Notes: generated by a model not told the origin, from the letters alone. A DNA stretch of 64,000 bases from Candidatus Versatilivorator sp. (GCA_965207735.1 OZ242296.1:1632001-1696000), one strand, 5' to 3'; shown: positions 48,447 to 58,042, counted from the first letter of the stretch. Made by a program: numbers and translations.

Positions 48447-49679
48447 ATGATTCGACGTGAGTTCATGAAGTCGGCCGTAACCCTGGGAGCGGTTTCGGCA
48501 AGCGGCCTTTCGCTGGGTGCGGCGCCTGCTGCCCTGCCCAAGAAGAAGGGGAAGGCCAAATATCGGGGCGGCGTGTTGGGTCTGGGCTGGATGGGCGTGC
48601 TCTACGACATGGGCACACGCGACTACGAGAACATCGTGGGTTCCTACAAGGATCCCAAGTACGACCTGGAGAGCGCCAAGCGCCCCACCCCCGACTGGCT
48701 GGACGTCCACCGCAAGTTCCACCATCACGACCATCCCGGCCGGGAGGGACTGGTGTCCACCTACGCCGAAGCCATCTGGGACCGGCCCGAGGTGGAGCTG
48801 GTGGCCGGCGCCGACCGCGACGAGAAGCGCTTGGCCATGTTCGGCGAGCGCTACGGCATCGAGGCCCTCTACACCGACGCCCTGGAGATGTACGAGAAGG
48901 AGAACCTGGACATCCTGGCCATCGCCACCAACACCAAGGGCCGCTCCTTTCTGACGGTCAAGGCGGTGGAGGCCGGAGTGAAGGGGATCTTCGTGGACAA
49001 GCCCATGACCTTCACCCTGAAGGAGGCCGACGACATGGTCAACGCCTGCGCCAAGGCCGGCGTGCCCCTGGTGGGCGGGGCCACCACGACCTCCCATCCG
49101 TCGTTCGGCAAGGCCAAGGAACTGATTACCACCGGCGCCATCGGGGACGTTACCTCAATCGAAGCCCGCGTCCCGCTGTTGTCCCAACACCAGGACTGGT
49201 GCTACTTCGTGGACAGCGAGCTGGACTGGGTCAGCGGCATCGGCGACAAGCCCCGTCGGGAGCGCGGCAGCAGCGAGTTCATGGGACAGGGGATCATCGT
49301 GGCCAAGGACGGCACGGTGGTCCACATTCGGGATGGAGCCCCTACCGTCAAGATCTCGGGAAGCACGGGGGAGATCGTCTTCGACGGCAAGCGCTGGACC
49401 CTGTGGCAGGATGTGGACACCCTCTCGGGACGCAAGGGGCGGGTGGAGATGCCCTGGCCCGATCCCCAGTGGGGCAGCATGCGCACTCCCTGGTGCCTGG
49501 ACGACCTGATCGCCACCATGGAGGGCCGCATGAAGGAGCCCAAGAACTCGGGGCGCATCGTGAGGGCGGCTCTCGAGGCGGAATTGGCGATGAAGCAGTC
49601 CTCGGCCCGGGGCGGCGAGCGCATCCAGTTGCCGCTCAAGGACCGCAGCCTGGGGCTGACCTACGACTGGTTCCGTTAA
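48447..49679 (+). CDS. Tat-exported Gfo/Idh/MocA family oxidoreductase with His-rich insertion
   Basis: IRREFMK Tat motif, GLGWMG, VDKPM and insertion DVHRKFHHHDHPG. Confidence 0.85.
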   Translation: MIRREFMKSAVTLGAVSASGLSLGAAPAALPKKKGKAKYRGGVLGLGWMGVLYDMGTRDYENIVGSYKDPKYDLESAKRPTPDWLDVHRKFHHHDHPGREGLVSTYAEAIWDRPEVELVAGADRDEKRLAMFGERYGIEALYTDALEMYEKENLDILAIATNTKGRSFLTVKAVEAGVKGIFVDKPMTFTLKEADDMVNACAKAGVPLVGGATTTSHPSFGKAKELITTGAIGDVTSIEARVPLLSQHQDWCYFVDSELDWVSGIGDKPRRERGSSEFMGQGIIVAKDGTVVHIRDGAPTVKISGSTGEIVFDGKRWTLWQDVDTLSGRKGRVEMPWPDPQWGSMRTPWCLDDLIATMEGRMKEPKNSGRIVRAALEAELAMKQSSARGGERIQLPLKDRSLGLTYDWFR

Positions 49680-49829
49680 TCCTTCGTGGGGCGGGATCGA
49701 GCCGGCAGTCACCAAGGCAACAATCAGTCAAGCGGCCAACTCCCGGGGGGACTATCGCCTCCAGGGTAGTTGCAAGGATTCCCGTCACGGCCTCTGCTGG
49801 CCATCGACCGGGAACAAAGGAGGACAACC

Positions 49830-51062
49830 ATGATTCGACGCGACTTCATGAGGTCTGCCCTGACCCTGGGGGCTGCCTCCGGGGCCGGTCTCTCTCTGGG
49901 CGCGGCGACCGCTGTAGCGGCCAAGAAGACCTCCAAGCCAAAGTATCGGGCCGGCGTTGTCGGCCTGGGATGGACGGGGGTCCTCTACGACGTCGCCAAA
50001 CGGGACGGCTCACACCGCCAGGGCCCCTGGTGGGATCCGGCCTACAAGGTGGAGGACGCCAAGCGCATTACCCCCGAGGTGGACGTCCATCGCCAGTTTC
50101 ACCACCACGATCACCCGGGCAACGAGGGATTGCCCTCTTCCTACGCCGAGGCCCTGTGGGACCGCCCCGAGGTCGAGCTGGTGGCCGGGGCCGAGCGGGA
50201 TGTGAGCCGCCTGAAGATTTTCGGGGATCGCTACGGCATCGAGGCCCTCTATACCGACGCCCTGGAAATGTATGAAAAGGAAGCGCTGGATATCGTGGCC
50301 GTCTGCACCAACACCAAGGGTCGGGCCTTCCTGACGGTCAAGGCCGCCGAGGCCGGAGCCAAGGCCATCTTCACCGAGAAGCCCATGGCCTTCACCCTGG
50401 AGGAGGCGGACCGCATGGTAAAGGTCTGCGCCGACCGGGGCATTCCCCTTTGCTGCGGGGCCATCACCACCACTCATCCCTCTTTCGCCAAGGCCAAGGA
50501 ACTGGTGACCGGCGGCGCCATCGGCGAGGTGAGATCCATCGAAGCCAGAGGCCCCAGCGCCCAGCATCAGAACTGGTCCTACTTTCTGGACAGTCCGCCG
50601 GCCTGGGTGAGCGGCACGGCAGACACGGATCGCCGTCCCGGAGGCAGCACCGAGTTCGGCGGCCAGGGCATGCTGGTGGCGGAGAACGGACAGGTGGTCC
50701 ACTTCCGTAAGGGAGCCCCGGGGGTGCGAATCAGCGGGACCAAGGGCGAAATCCAGTTCAGCTTCCGCCCCGGCTGGCAATTGATGCAAGAAGTGGAGCC
50801 ACCCTCGGGCAGAAAGCAGATGGTGGAGATGCCTTGGCCGGAACCCCGGTTCATTCCTCCTTACGGGGCGGTTTACTGCCTGGACGACCTGATGAGCTGC
50901 CTGGCCGGGGAGATGGATGAACCCAAGAATTCCGGCCGGCGGGTGGCCACTGCCATCGAAGTCGAAATCGGCCTCAAACAGTCCTCTGCCCAGGGCGGCG
51001 CCCGGGTCTCCCTGCCCCTGCAGGATCGGTCCCTGGGCCTGCTTTACGACTGGTTCCGGTAG
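49830..51062 (+). CDS. Tat-exported Gfo/Idh/MocA family oxidoreductase (tandem paralog)
   Basis: IRRDFMR Tat motif, GLGWTG, TEKPM and DVHRQFHHHDHPG; shared C-terminal DRSLGL.YDWFR. Confidence 0.85.
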   Translation: MIRRDFMRSALTLGAASGAGLSLGAATAVAAKKTSKPKYRAGVVGLGWTGVLYDVAKRDGSHRQGPWWDPAYKVEDAKRITPEVDVHRQFHHHDHPGNEGLPSSYAEALWDRPEVELVAGAERDVSRLKIFGDRYGIEALYTDALEMYEKEALDIVAVCTNTKGRAFLTVKAAEAGAKAIFTEKPMAFTLEEADRMVKVCADRGIPLCCGAITTTHPSFAKAKELVTGGAIGEVRSIEARGPSAQHQNWSYFLDSPPAWVSGTADTDRRPGGSTEFGGQGMLVAENGQVVHFRKGAPGVRISGTKGEIQFSFRPGWQLMQEVEPPSGRKQMVEMPWPEPRFIPPYGAVYCLDDLMSCLAGEMDEPKNSGRRVATAIEVEIGLKQSSAQGGARVSLPLQDRSLGLLYDWFR

Positions 51063-51081
51063 AGAAAGGAAGGCCCCGTTC

Positions 51082-51762
51082 ATGACCTCGTCCATTCTGG
51101 AATTTGACAAGCTGAGAGTCGTCGACCTTTCCAAGCCGCTGGACCCCGCCACCGAGAAAAGGCGCTGCAAGCTGCATCGCCATCACACCTTCATCGGCGG
51201 GGTGGACGGATACCATGCCCATATCGACATCACCTCCCACCTGGGCACTCACCTGGAGTTTCCCTACCACTTCAGGGACGAGTGGAAGGACGGCATGAAG
51301 CTTCCGATCGAGCGCTTTCTGGGACGTGGCATCCTGCTGAACCTGGAAACCGCCCGCCCGCGGGAACTGATCCGGACCGAGGACCTGGAGATGGCCGACC
51401 GCGGCCGGGTGCGGCCGGGGGATACGGTTCTGCTGGACTCTCCCTTTCACAGCACCCCTTTCGTCCATTCTCCGGACGATCAGCGGCCCGACATGTCCGA
51501 AGAAGTCGGACACTGGTTCCTGGAAAAGAAGGTCAAGTGCGTGGGCTGGGGTGACGGCATCGCCATCGAGAACCACGTCCAGGGCTGCATCGCCTGCCAT
51601 GAGCTGCTGCTGGGGAATGACATTCTCCTGCTGGAGGTGGTTTGCAACATCGATCAGCTCAGGGAAGAAACCTTCATGATCACCTTCACCCCGTTGCCCA
51701 TTCACGGCCTGGACTCCTGTCCGGTGCGGGTGGTGGCGGTGGAGGGCATTCCAGGAGTCTAA
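51082..51762 (+). CDS. cyclase / kynurenine formamidase family protein
   Basis: VVDLS, SHLGTHLEFPYHF, HELLLG..I..LE and GLDSCPVRVVA. Confidence 0.85.
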   Translation: MTSSILEFDKLRVVDLSKPLDPATEKRRCKLHRHHTFIGGVDGYHAHIDITSHLGTHLEFPYHFRDEWKDGMKLPIERFLGRGILLNLETARPRELIRTEDLEMADRGRVRPGDTVLLDSPFHSTPFVHSPDDQRPDMSEEVGHWFLEKKVKCVGWGDGIAIENHVQGCIACHELLLGNDILLLEVVCNIDQLREETFMITFTPLPIHGLDSCPVRVVAVEGIPGV

Positions 51763-51823
51763 CCCCGCAAGCCGGCCCCACCGCGACCGAGTCGTCGAAT
51801 CCACCTGACGGAGGCAAATAGCC

Positions 51824-53515
51824 ATGCTGGGACTCCAGGCTCTGGACTGGGCCATTCTGATCGTCTACATCTGTATCGTGGCCTACCTGGGGCTCTTCCT
51901 GGGAGCCAGGAAGACCCGCTCCCTGGGTGATTTCTTCATCGCCGGGGGGAGCTGGGGAAAGCTGCCGGCCTTCCTCTTCAATTTCAGCTCGGCTCTGGCC
52001 GGGGCCGAAGCCGTGGTGGTCAGCGCCGCCGCCTACCGAAGCGGGCTTTCCGGCATCTGGCTGTGGTGGTCCCAATTGCTGGCCACCCCCATGTACTATC
52101 TCTTCTCCGTGGTCTACAAGCGGGCCCGCGTCTTCAACATGGCCGAATTCTTCGAGCTGCGCTTCGGTCCCGGCGTGGCCACCCTCTATTCGGTCCTGGG
52201 GCTGCTCATCTCGGTCAACTTCATCGGGATCTTCATCACCGGCGGAGGAAAGGTCCTGGCGGCCACCACCACTCTCTCGGTGGACTCGGCCGTGCTGATC
52301 TGCTGCACCCTGGTAGCCCTGTACGTGGCCACCGGCGGCGCCATGTCTTCCCTGCTCACCGATCTCTTCCAGGGCATCCTCTGCCTGGTAGTGCTGAGCT
52401 TCGGCCTGCTCCCCTTTCTCTGGAAGGCCGCCGGCGGCTACGAGGCCCTGGCGGCTCTGCCCGAGTCGACCTGGTCGCTGCAGTCGGTGGAGATCCCCTG
52501 GACCTATGTGATCGCCCTGCTATTTTCCGGCGCGGTGGGCTCTGTGGTGTCGCCCAACATCCTGACCTGGATCGCCATCGCCCGCGACGAGAGGACCGGC
52601 ACCCAGTGCGGTTGGGCTCACGTCTGGAAGCGGCTCATCACCATTCTCTTCGCCCTTTACGGGATTCTCTTCGCCATCTACTACCCCGGCCTGGAAGACC
52701 CGGAGCTGGCCTGGGGAACGCTGATGAAGTCGCTGCTGCCGGCCGGAGTGCTGGGACTGCTGGTAGCCAGCTTCGCTGCAGCCCTGATGTCTTCGGTGGA
52801 CACCTTCGCCACCACCACCTCGGGGCTGATGGTCGACTACCTCTACCGCAAGCGGCTCTTCCGCGACCGCTCGCCGCGCTTCTACATCACCCATGCCCGG
52901 ATCTGGGGGTTCATCGCCGTCTTTCTGGGGTACGTCACCACCCGATTTCTGGAAAATATCATTCAATACATCGAGTTGGGCTGGTCGCTGATTTCCTTCA
53001 TCTCGGTTCCTCTCTATTTCGGCCTGGTCTGGAGACGGGCCAATCGCCAAGCGCTCTGGGCCGGAGTGACGACCGGCGCCCTGCTGTTCCTTATCCTCAA
53101 AGTGTGGCTGCAAGCCTCTTTCGAATACACCGTCTTCATTCCCACGCTTTCCTGCGCCCTGGTGACCTGGCTGGTCAGCCTTCGGACACCTCCCGAAGAT
53201 GAAACCCTGCTCAACCGCTTTTATGCCATCCTCAGCACGCCGGTGGGCCAGGATGAGAAGCTGCTCGAGGCCGGCATTCAACTACCCGCCATGGCCGGGA
53301 CCGATGCCATCCCGCCGCCGGCGCCAGACCCGGAGAAGATCCATGCGCTTTACCGCTTCTACGCCCGGGACAAGATCTACGGCCCCTCCAGCGCCATCGA
53401 GTTGCGGCGGGAAGCAGGGCTTCAGTGGTTCTACAGGGGGTTCGTGTCCATCACGCTCTGGTGCCTGGGCCTGATCGGGGCGGCTTTGGCCTTCTCCTGG
53501 TGGATGCAGTCCTGA
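51824..53515 (+). CDS. sodium:solute symporter family protein
   Basis: LDWAIL, DFFIAG, EFFELRFG, GG....LLTDLFQG and AALMSSVD. Confidence 0.88.
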   Translation: MLGLQALDWAILIVYICIVAYLGLFLGARKTRSLGDFFIAGGSWGKLPAFLFNFSSALAGAEAVVVSAAAYRSGLSGIWLWWSQLLATPMYYLFSVVYKRARVFNMAEFFELRFGPGVATLYSVLGLLISVNFIGIFITGGGKVLAATTTLSVDSAVLICCTLVALYVATGGAMSSLLTDLFQGILCLVVLSFGLLPFLWKAAGGYEALAALPESTWSLQSVEIPWTYVIALLFSGAVGSVVSPNILTWIAIARDERTGTQCGWAHVWKRLITILFALYGILFAIYYPGLEDPELAWGTLMKSLLPAGVLGLLVASFAAALMSSVDTFATTTSGLMVDYLYRKRLFRDRSPRFYITHARIWGFIAVFLGYVTTRFLENIIQYIELGWSLISFISVPLYFGLVWRRANRQALWAGVTTGALLFLILKVWLQASFEYTVFIPTLSCALVTWLVSLRTPPEDETLLNRFYAILSTPVGQDEKLLEAGIQLPAMAGTDAIPPPAPDPEKIHALYRFYARDKIYGPSSAIELRREAGLQWFYRGFVSITLWCLGLIGAALAFSWWMQS

Positions 53516-53519
53516 CTTA

Positions 53520-53728
53520 CCTGAAACAAACGAAAAAAGACAAAAGAAAAAGAGTGATCCACGAAGGGGCACGAAGAACGACGAAGGGACACTAAGGCGT
53601 TGAGGCTGGCCGCGACGGGGTACCAAGTTCGCGAAGGGTTGATCGATTTCTGATTGTTTCACTCTATGCATGAACCGCACACCAGGGCGGGGGCCCGGCT
53701 TATCTGAAACAACCGAAAAAAGACAAAA
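53520..53728. repeat. repeat copy 2 plus the start of tandem copy 3
   Basis: Same sequence family as 21133-21291; the unit restarts at 53704 and is cut by the IS at 53729. Confidence 0.9.
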
Positions 53729-55215
53729 GAGCCTTTTGCAAAATTCGGAATCGGGCATGACATTGGGCTGGCAACAGTGATGTTCCGGCGGTGACTACCC
53801 AGCTGCAAAGACCCTTTTGAAGGAAAAAGCCCGAATCTGATGGCCGGATGGCCAGCGGTCGCCGGACGCAGGCACAGCTTACCCTCTCCCGGCCTTGAGG
53901 CGGGCGAACCTGCTGTGCGGTTGGGGGTGGCAACCCGGTCTTCAGAGCGTCAGGCGCATCAACTGATCCACCGTCAGGGCCAGAATGCCGAACATCAGGT
54001 GGCACCTCACCTTGTCGGGGCCGCGAACCCTCACCTGCCTCCCGCCAAACTCCTCCTTGAGCCGTCCGTTGACCCGCTCCACCGTCGAGCGTTCCCGGTA
54101 GCGCCGCGCCTCGGGAGTCACTTGGCCGATACAGCGCCGGGCCAGTGCCTCCCGCTTCCGCTCGGCTTTCAAGGTAGCTCTTCGGCGGGGGTTGACGTCA
54201 ATAATCGGCACATGCCCCAGCTTCTCACTGAAGGCCCGGATCTCCGGCGCATCGTAGGCGCTGTCCATCAAGTCGTAGAGACTCTCGACCCGCCTTGCCG
54301 TCAGCGTCGCCAGCGGAATGGCTGCCTGAGAGTCATGCACCGAGGCCGAGGTCAGCAGACAACTGACCGGAATCCCGCCGTCAATGGCGTCGAGGTGTAG
54401 CTTGTAGCCGGTCCAGCTCTCCTGATGCCCCTTGGCGTTGCGCTTGACGCCGATGTCGCAGGCCTTGGGCAACTCCTTCAACATTTCCTCCAGCGTCATC
54501 GACCCCTGCCGCTCCAGCCGGCTCAACCGCTTGGGCCGTCGCTCGCCCTTCGGCGGCCGGCCCCGCCGGCGTTTCCGCTTGGCCTCCGGCGCAGCCTTGG
54601 CCGCTGGCTTTTCCCGTCCCGCAATCGCCGTCGAGTCCCTCGACACATGCCCCGCCAAGTGGCCCTTCAGCGTCTCCTCCAGCAATGCCTCGTGCAAACG
54701 CCCCGGCAGGTCGCTCTCAGCGAATTCCGCAAAGGCCCGCGAGAAGGTCGACTCGCTCGGTACCTCCCACGCCCTCTCCCAGCCGCACAGCCGCCGCAGC
54801 CTCCCCTCACTCCTCAGCCGCTCCACCAATCCCCGCGTGGTCGCCACCTCCAGCATCGACTTCGCCAGATAGGCTCGCGCCAGCACTGCCCGATCCTCCA
54901 GCGGCCGGCCACGCCAGCCCCGACTGTAAGGCAGCAACTCCTCCACCCGCACCAACTCCAATACCTGCACCAGCCGCTGGTAACGCTCTCCCAGAGGCCC
55001 CAAAACTTCCTCCAGCAGGGGAAACAGCTCTCGTTGAAACCGGAACCAGTGTCGTGATAGGGTTTCCCTAAGGGGCAAGTTCCACCTCCGTTCATCATGT
55101 GGTTCAGACACCTTCATGATACAACAGACAGTGGTCTTGCCCCTCCTTCCACCTGCCCTCCTTGATCTTTCCCCACGTGAAAATTCCCGCTATCTGCGAA
55201 TTTTGCAAAAGGCTC
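53729..55215 (-). mobile_element. complete IS5/IS1182-like insertion sequence (1487 bp)
   Basis: Perfect 19-bp TIRs GAGCCTTTTGCAAAATTCG (53729-53747 and 55197-55215), AAAA on both sides (apparent 4-bp TSD), single DDE transposase ORF. Confidence 0.92.
53942..55117 (-). CDS. DDE transposase
   Basis: PSESTFSR, DSTAI, GYKLHL, SASVHDSQ, MDSAYD and RSTVERVNGRLK. Confidence 0.93.
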   Translation of the reverse strand: MKVSEPHDERRWNLPLRETLSRHWFRFQRELFPLLEEVLGPLGERYQRLVQVLELVRVEELLPYSRGWRGRPLEDRAVLARAYLAKSMLEVATTRGLVERLRSEGRLRRLCGWERAWEVPSESTFSRAFAEFAESDLPGRLHEALLEETLKGHLAGHVSRDSTAIAGREKPAAKAAPEAKRKRRRGRPPKGERRPKRLSRLERQGSMTLEEMLKELPKACDIGVKRNAKGHQESWTGYKLHLDAIDGGIPVSCLLTSASVHDSQAAIPLATLTARRVESLYDLMDSAYDAPEIRAFSEKLGHVPIIDVNPRRRATLKAERKREALARRCIGQVTPEARRYRERSTVERVNGRLKEEFGGRQVRVRGPDKVRCHLMFGILALTVDQLMRLTL

Positions 55216-55272
55216 AAAAGAATAAGACTTATCCAGGAAGGGGCACGAAGAACGACGAAGGGCCACCAAGGC
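55216..55272. repeat. continuation of repeat copy 3 after the IS
   Basis: AAAAGAATAAGACTTATCCAGGAAGGGGCACGAAGAACGACGAAGGGCCACCAAGGCG resumes the unit where it was interrupted. Confidence 0.85.
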
Positions 55273-55428
55273 GCTGGAGAAGGCTCAAGAGGGATGGGGC
55301 GAAGGTCGGCAAGGGGGTCAACGGAGGACACAAGGGACAAAGAGGATTTGTCCGCGAAGAAGCAACAAGGACTGCGGCGGAGCCAGTGGGGGGCGCTTCC
55401 GATCCCATCGTGATTTACAGGGATGATT

Positions 55429-55581
55429 AACATCGATGCACAGGATTCACAGGATTCTTCAGGAAACGGCCAGCTTCTAATGCCGGGAATCCGCAAAGCC
55501 GCACCGGATCATCGCCCGAGTTGGCTTCTGGTGCAGGAAGCTCTCGTCCTGTTAATCCTGTTAATCCTGTGCATCGATGTT
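55429..55581. repeat. inverted-repeat element with 9-nt periodic arms
   Basis: AACATCGATGCACAGGATT (55429-55447) and AATCCTGTGCATCGATGTT (55563-55581), extended inward by CACAGGATT / CCTGTTAAT iterations. Confidence 0.8.
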
Positions 55582-55639
55582 CAATAGGTAGAAATCCATG
55601 CTAATCGAACAGGGTCCTTGTTCCCAACCGGCTGTGAAG

Positions 55640-55860
55640 ATTCGTTGTTTCACTCTCGTATGATCCGCACGGCAGGGCGGGGGCCCGGCTTGTCTGAAAC
55701 AACCGAAAAAAGACAAAAGACTTATCCACGAAGGGGCACGAAGAACGACGAAGGGGCACTAAGGCGCTGAGGTTGGCCGCGACGGGGTACCAAGTTCGCG
55801 AAGGGATTGTCGAATTCCGATTGTTTGACTCTCGAATGATCCGCACGGCAGGGCGGGGGC
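55640..55860. repeat. tail of one repeat unit plus complete copy 4
   Basis: TTGTTTCACTCTCGTATGATCCGCACGGCAGGGCGGGGGCCCGGC, then CTGAAACAACCG... from 55694. Confidence 0.88.
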
Positions 55861-55911
55861 GACACTTGTTAGCAATTGATAATCCCCGGGCGAACGCCCG
55901 GGCTACCAATC

Positions 55912-56000
55912 GAGCCGCGGAGCGGCGGCAGCAGGTAGCCGTGGGCGTGAGCCCATGGAAAGGGGTAGCTCCACGTCGAGCCGCGAAGGCGGCGACAGCA
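55912..56000. repeat. REP-like hairpin element, copy A
   Basis: AGCCGCG..GCGGCGGC...TAGCCGTGGGCGTGAGCCCATGGAAAGG...GAGCCGCGAAGGCGGCG; a second copy lies at ~57953-58042. Confidence 0.75.
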
Positions 56001-56036
56001 GTGGGCCGAAAGCGCGAGGCCCCGGAGGCCGGCTCT

Positions 56037-56080
56037 CCTGAAACAAAAGAAAAAAAGTGATCCACGAAGGGCCACCAAGC
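56037..56080. repeat. short deleted copy 5 of the main repeat
   Basis: CCTGAAACAAAAGAAAAAAAGTGATCCACGAAGGGCCACCAAG. Confidence 0.75.
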
Positions 56081-56165
56081 GGGACGGCTCTGCCGCATCG
56101 CCACGGGCTGCGGCCCGGCAAGCCGGCGCGTGCACCCTTCAGGAGCAAGAGTGATGGGAGGACGA

Positions 56166-56378
56166 CCCACCCGGGAGCGCGGGCGTCCCGCCCGCATGCT
56201 ATCCCGTTGGGTGCCGCTCAGTTTCCCCGCGATGCGGCACCCGGCCACCCTGCCGGCGGGAACGGCATAGTCCCGGCCGAAGCAGAGTCCGGGCGTCTTT
56301 GCCAATCGAGCGGGCGGAGGAGATGGCCGAGGCTCTGCCAAGAATTGTGCGGGCGGGACGCCCGCGCTCCCGGGTGGG
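56166..56378. repeat. REPIN-like doublet with perfect 31-bp inverted ends
   Basis: CCCACCCGGGAGCGCGGGCGTCCCGCCCGCA (56166-56196) and its reverse complement (56348-56378). Confidence 0.85.
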
Positions 56379-56387
56379 ATTCATCCC

Positions 56388-57893
56388 ATGGCAACAATCG
56401 ACTGGTTGATCCTGGCGGCATACCTGGTGCTGATCATCTTCATGGGGGGCTGGTTTGCACGCCGCCAGACCAGCACCGAGGCCTTTTTCCTGGGAGGGCG
56501 CTCCGTCCCCTGGTGGGCGGTGGGCTTCTCCTTTTTCGGCTCCTCCATCAGCACCGGGACCTTTCTGGCCTTTCCGGGTCAGGGGTACGGGGGCGACTGG
56601 ATTCCCCACCTCTCCCACCTGATTTTCCCCGTCATTGCTGTTCTGGCCGCCTGCTGGGTGATTCCCTACTACCGGCAGAGAGTCCGCATGAGCGCCTATG
56701 AATTTCTGGAAGAGCGCTTCGGATACGGCACCCGCTGCTATGCCTCGTTGATCTACGTCATTTACCACCTTTTCCGCAATGGAATGATCCTGTTTTTAAT
56801 GGCCAAGGCGCTCAACGCCATGACGGGATGGGACGCGGTGGCCATTCTGATTGTGTGCGGTATCCTTGCCCTCCTCTACACCATGCTGGGAGGCCTGGAG
56901 GCGGTGATCTGGACCGACGTGCTGCAATCGGTCACCCTGTTCGGCGGGGGGCTGTTCTGTCTCTGGTTTCTGACCCTTGGCTCGGACGGAGGCGCCTTTC
57001 ACCTGTTCCAGGTCGCCGGGGAGGCCGACAAGTTCAAGCTGGTGGATTGGTCCCTGGACCTGTCCCACCCATCCATCGTGGTGATCGTTCTCTACGGACT
57101 CTTCCATCACGGCACCTATTACACCACCAGCCAGGACGTGGCCCAGCGCTACCTGGCCGCCTCCAGCACCCGCTCCTCTCAAAAGGCCCTCCTGTGCGGC
57201 GGGCTCAGCATCGTGACCACCTGGACCCTCTTCCTGCTGATCGGCTCTCTTCTATATGCCTACTATCAGATTCACCCCGGCCAGCTGCCGGCCGAAATCG
57301 CATCCAAGGAGACCCAGATCTTCCCCTTCTTCGTGATGAACACGATTCCCCCCGGAATCACCGGACTGATCCTGGCCGGCATGTGCGCGGCCGCCATGTC
57401 CAGCCTGGACACCACCATCAACAGCCTGGCCATGATCACCGTTCGGGACTTCTACCTTCACTTCCGTCCCCGAGCCAGCGACCACCGCCAGCTTATGCTG
57501 GGGCGGATCGCTTCCGGCTTTTGGGGTGTTCTGGGAATAGGCTCGGGGTTGTTGATGCTGGCCGGCGTGGAGAGGGCCTACTACTTCGGCGCCACCGTGA
57601 GCTCGTTCATCGGAGGAGGTATTCTGGGACTCTTCCTGCTGGGGATGTTCGTCCGGAGAGCCCATACCCGCGGCGTCTGGGTGGGGGTGATTACCGGAAT
57701 AGCGATTTCGGTTTGGGGGGGAGCGGACACAATCCTGGAGATGCTGGGCGCCTCGCCCGGGCTCATCGACAGCCTGCGCTTTCCCTGGCACCCCTGGATG
57801 ATCATGGGCCTGGGAAACATCGCCTCCTTCACCGTGGGCTGGCTGGCCAGCGTGGTGCTGCCCGACGGGAGGAGCGACAGCGCCAACTCATGA
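56388..57893 (+). CDS. sodium:solute symporter family protein
   Basis: IDWLIL, FFLGGRS.PWWAVG.S, SAYEFLEERFG, GGLEAVIWTDVLQ, QDVAQRY and AAAMSSLD. Confidence 0.92.
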   Translation: MATIDWLILAAYLVLIIFMGGWFARRQTSTEAFFLGGRSVPWWAVGFSFFGSSISTGTFLAFPGQGYGGDWIPHLSHLIFPVIAVLAACWVIPYYRQRVRMSAYEFLEERFGYGTRCYASLIYVIYHLFRNGMILFLMAKALNAMTGWDAVAILIVCGILALLYTMLGGLEAVIWTDVLQSVTLFGGGLFCLWFLTLGSDGGAFHLFQVAGEADKFKLVDWSLDLSHPSIVVIVLYGLFHHGTYYTTSQDVAQRYLAASSTRSSQKALLCGGLSIVTTWTLFLLIGSLLYAYYQIHPGQLPAEIASKETQIFPFFVMNTIPPGITGLILAGMCAAAMSSLDTTINSLAMITVRDFYLHFRPRASDHRQLMLGRIASGFWGVLGIGSGLLMLAGVERAYYFGATVSSFIGGGILGLFLLGMFVRRAHTRGVWVGVITGIAISVWGGADTILEMLGASPGLIDSLRFPWHPWMIMGLGNIASFTVGWLASVVLPDGRSDSANS

Positions 57894-57921
57894 GGCAGTG
57901 CGGCGGACGACTTCAAATGAA

Positions 57922-58042
57922 AACCCCCAGGCGGAAGCCCGGGGGTTCGAGTAAGCCGCGAATGCGGCGGTAGCATTTAGCCGTGGGCGTAAGCCCATGG
58001 AAAGGTCGGCGTTGGAGTTGAGCCGCGAAGGCGGCGGCAGCG
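57922..58042. repeat. hairpin plus REP-like element copy B, between convergent genes
   Basis: AACCCCCAGGCGGAAGCCCGGGGGTT hairpin followed by TAGCCGTGGGCGTAAGCCCATGGAAAGG...GAGCCGCGAAGGCGGCG. Confidence 0.72.

Noticed and set aside
53520-56080. Possible CRISPR array (units contain TGAAAC)
   Set aside because: The sequence after TGAAAC is conserved rather than unique spacer, units are ~185 bp and irregular, and no cas genes are present.
55601-56341. ORFs across the repeat nest (246 aa and neighbours, also 53282..53758)
   Set aside because: They are translations of non-coding palindromic repeats with no protein family signal.
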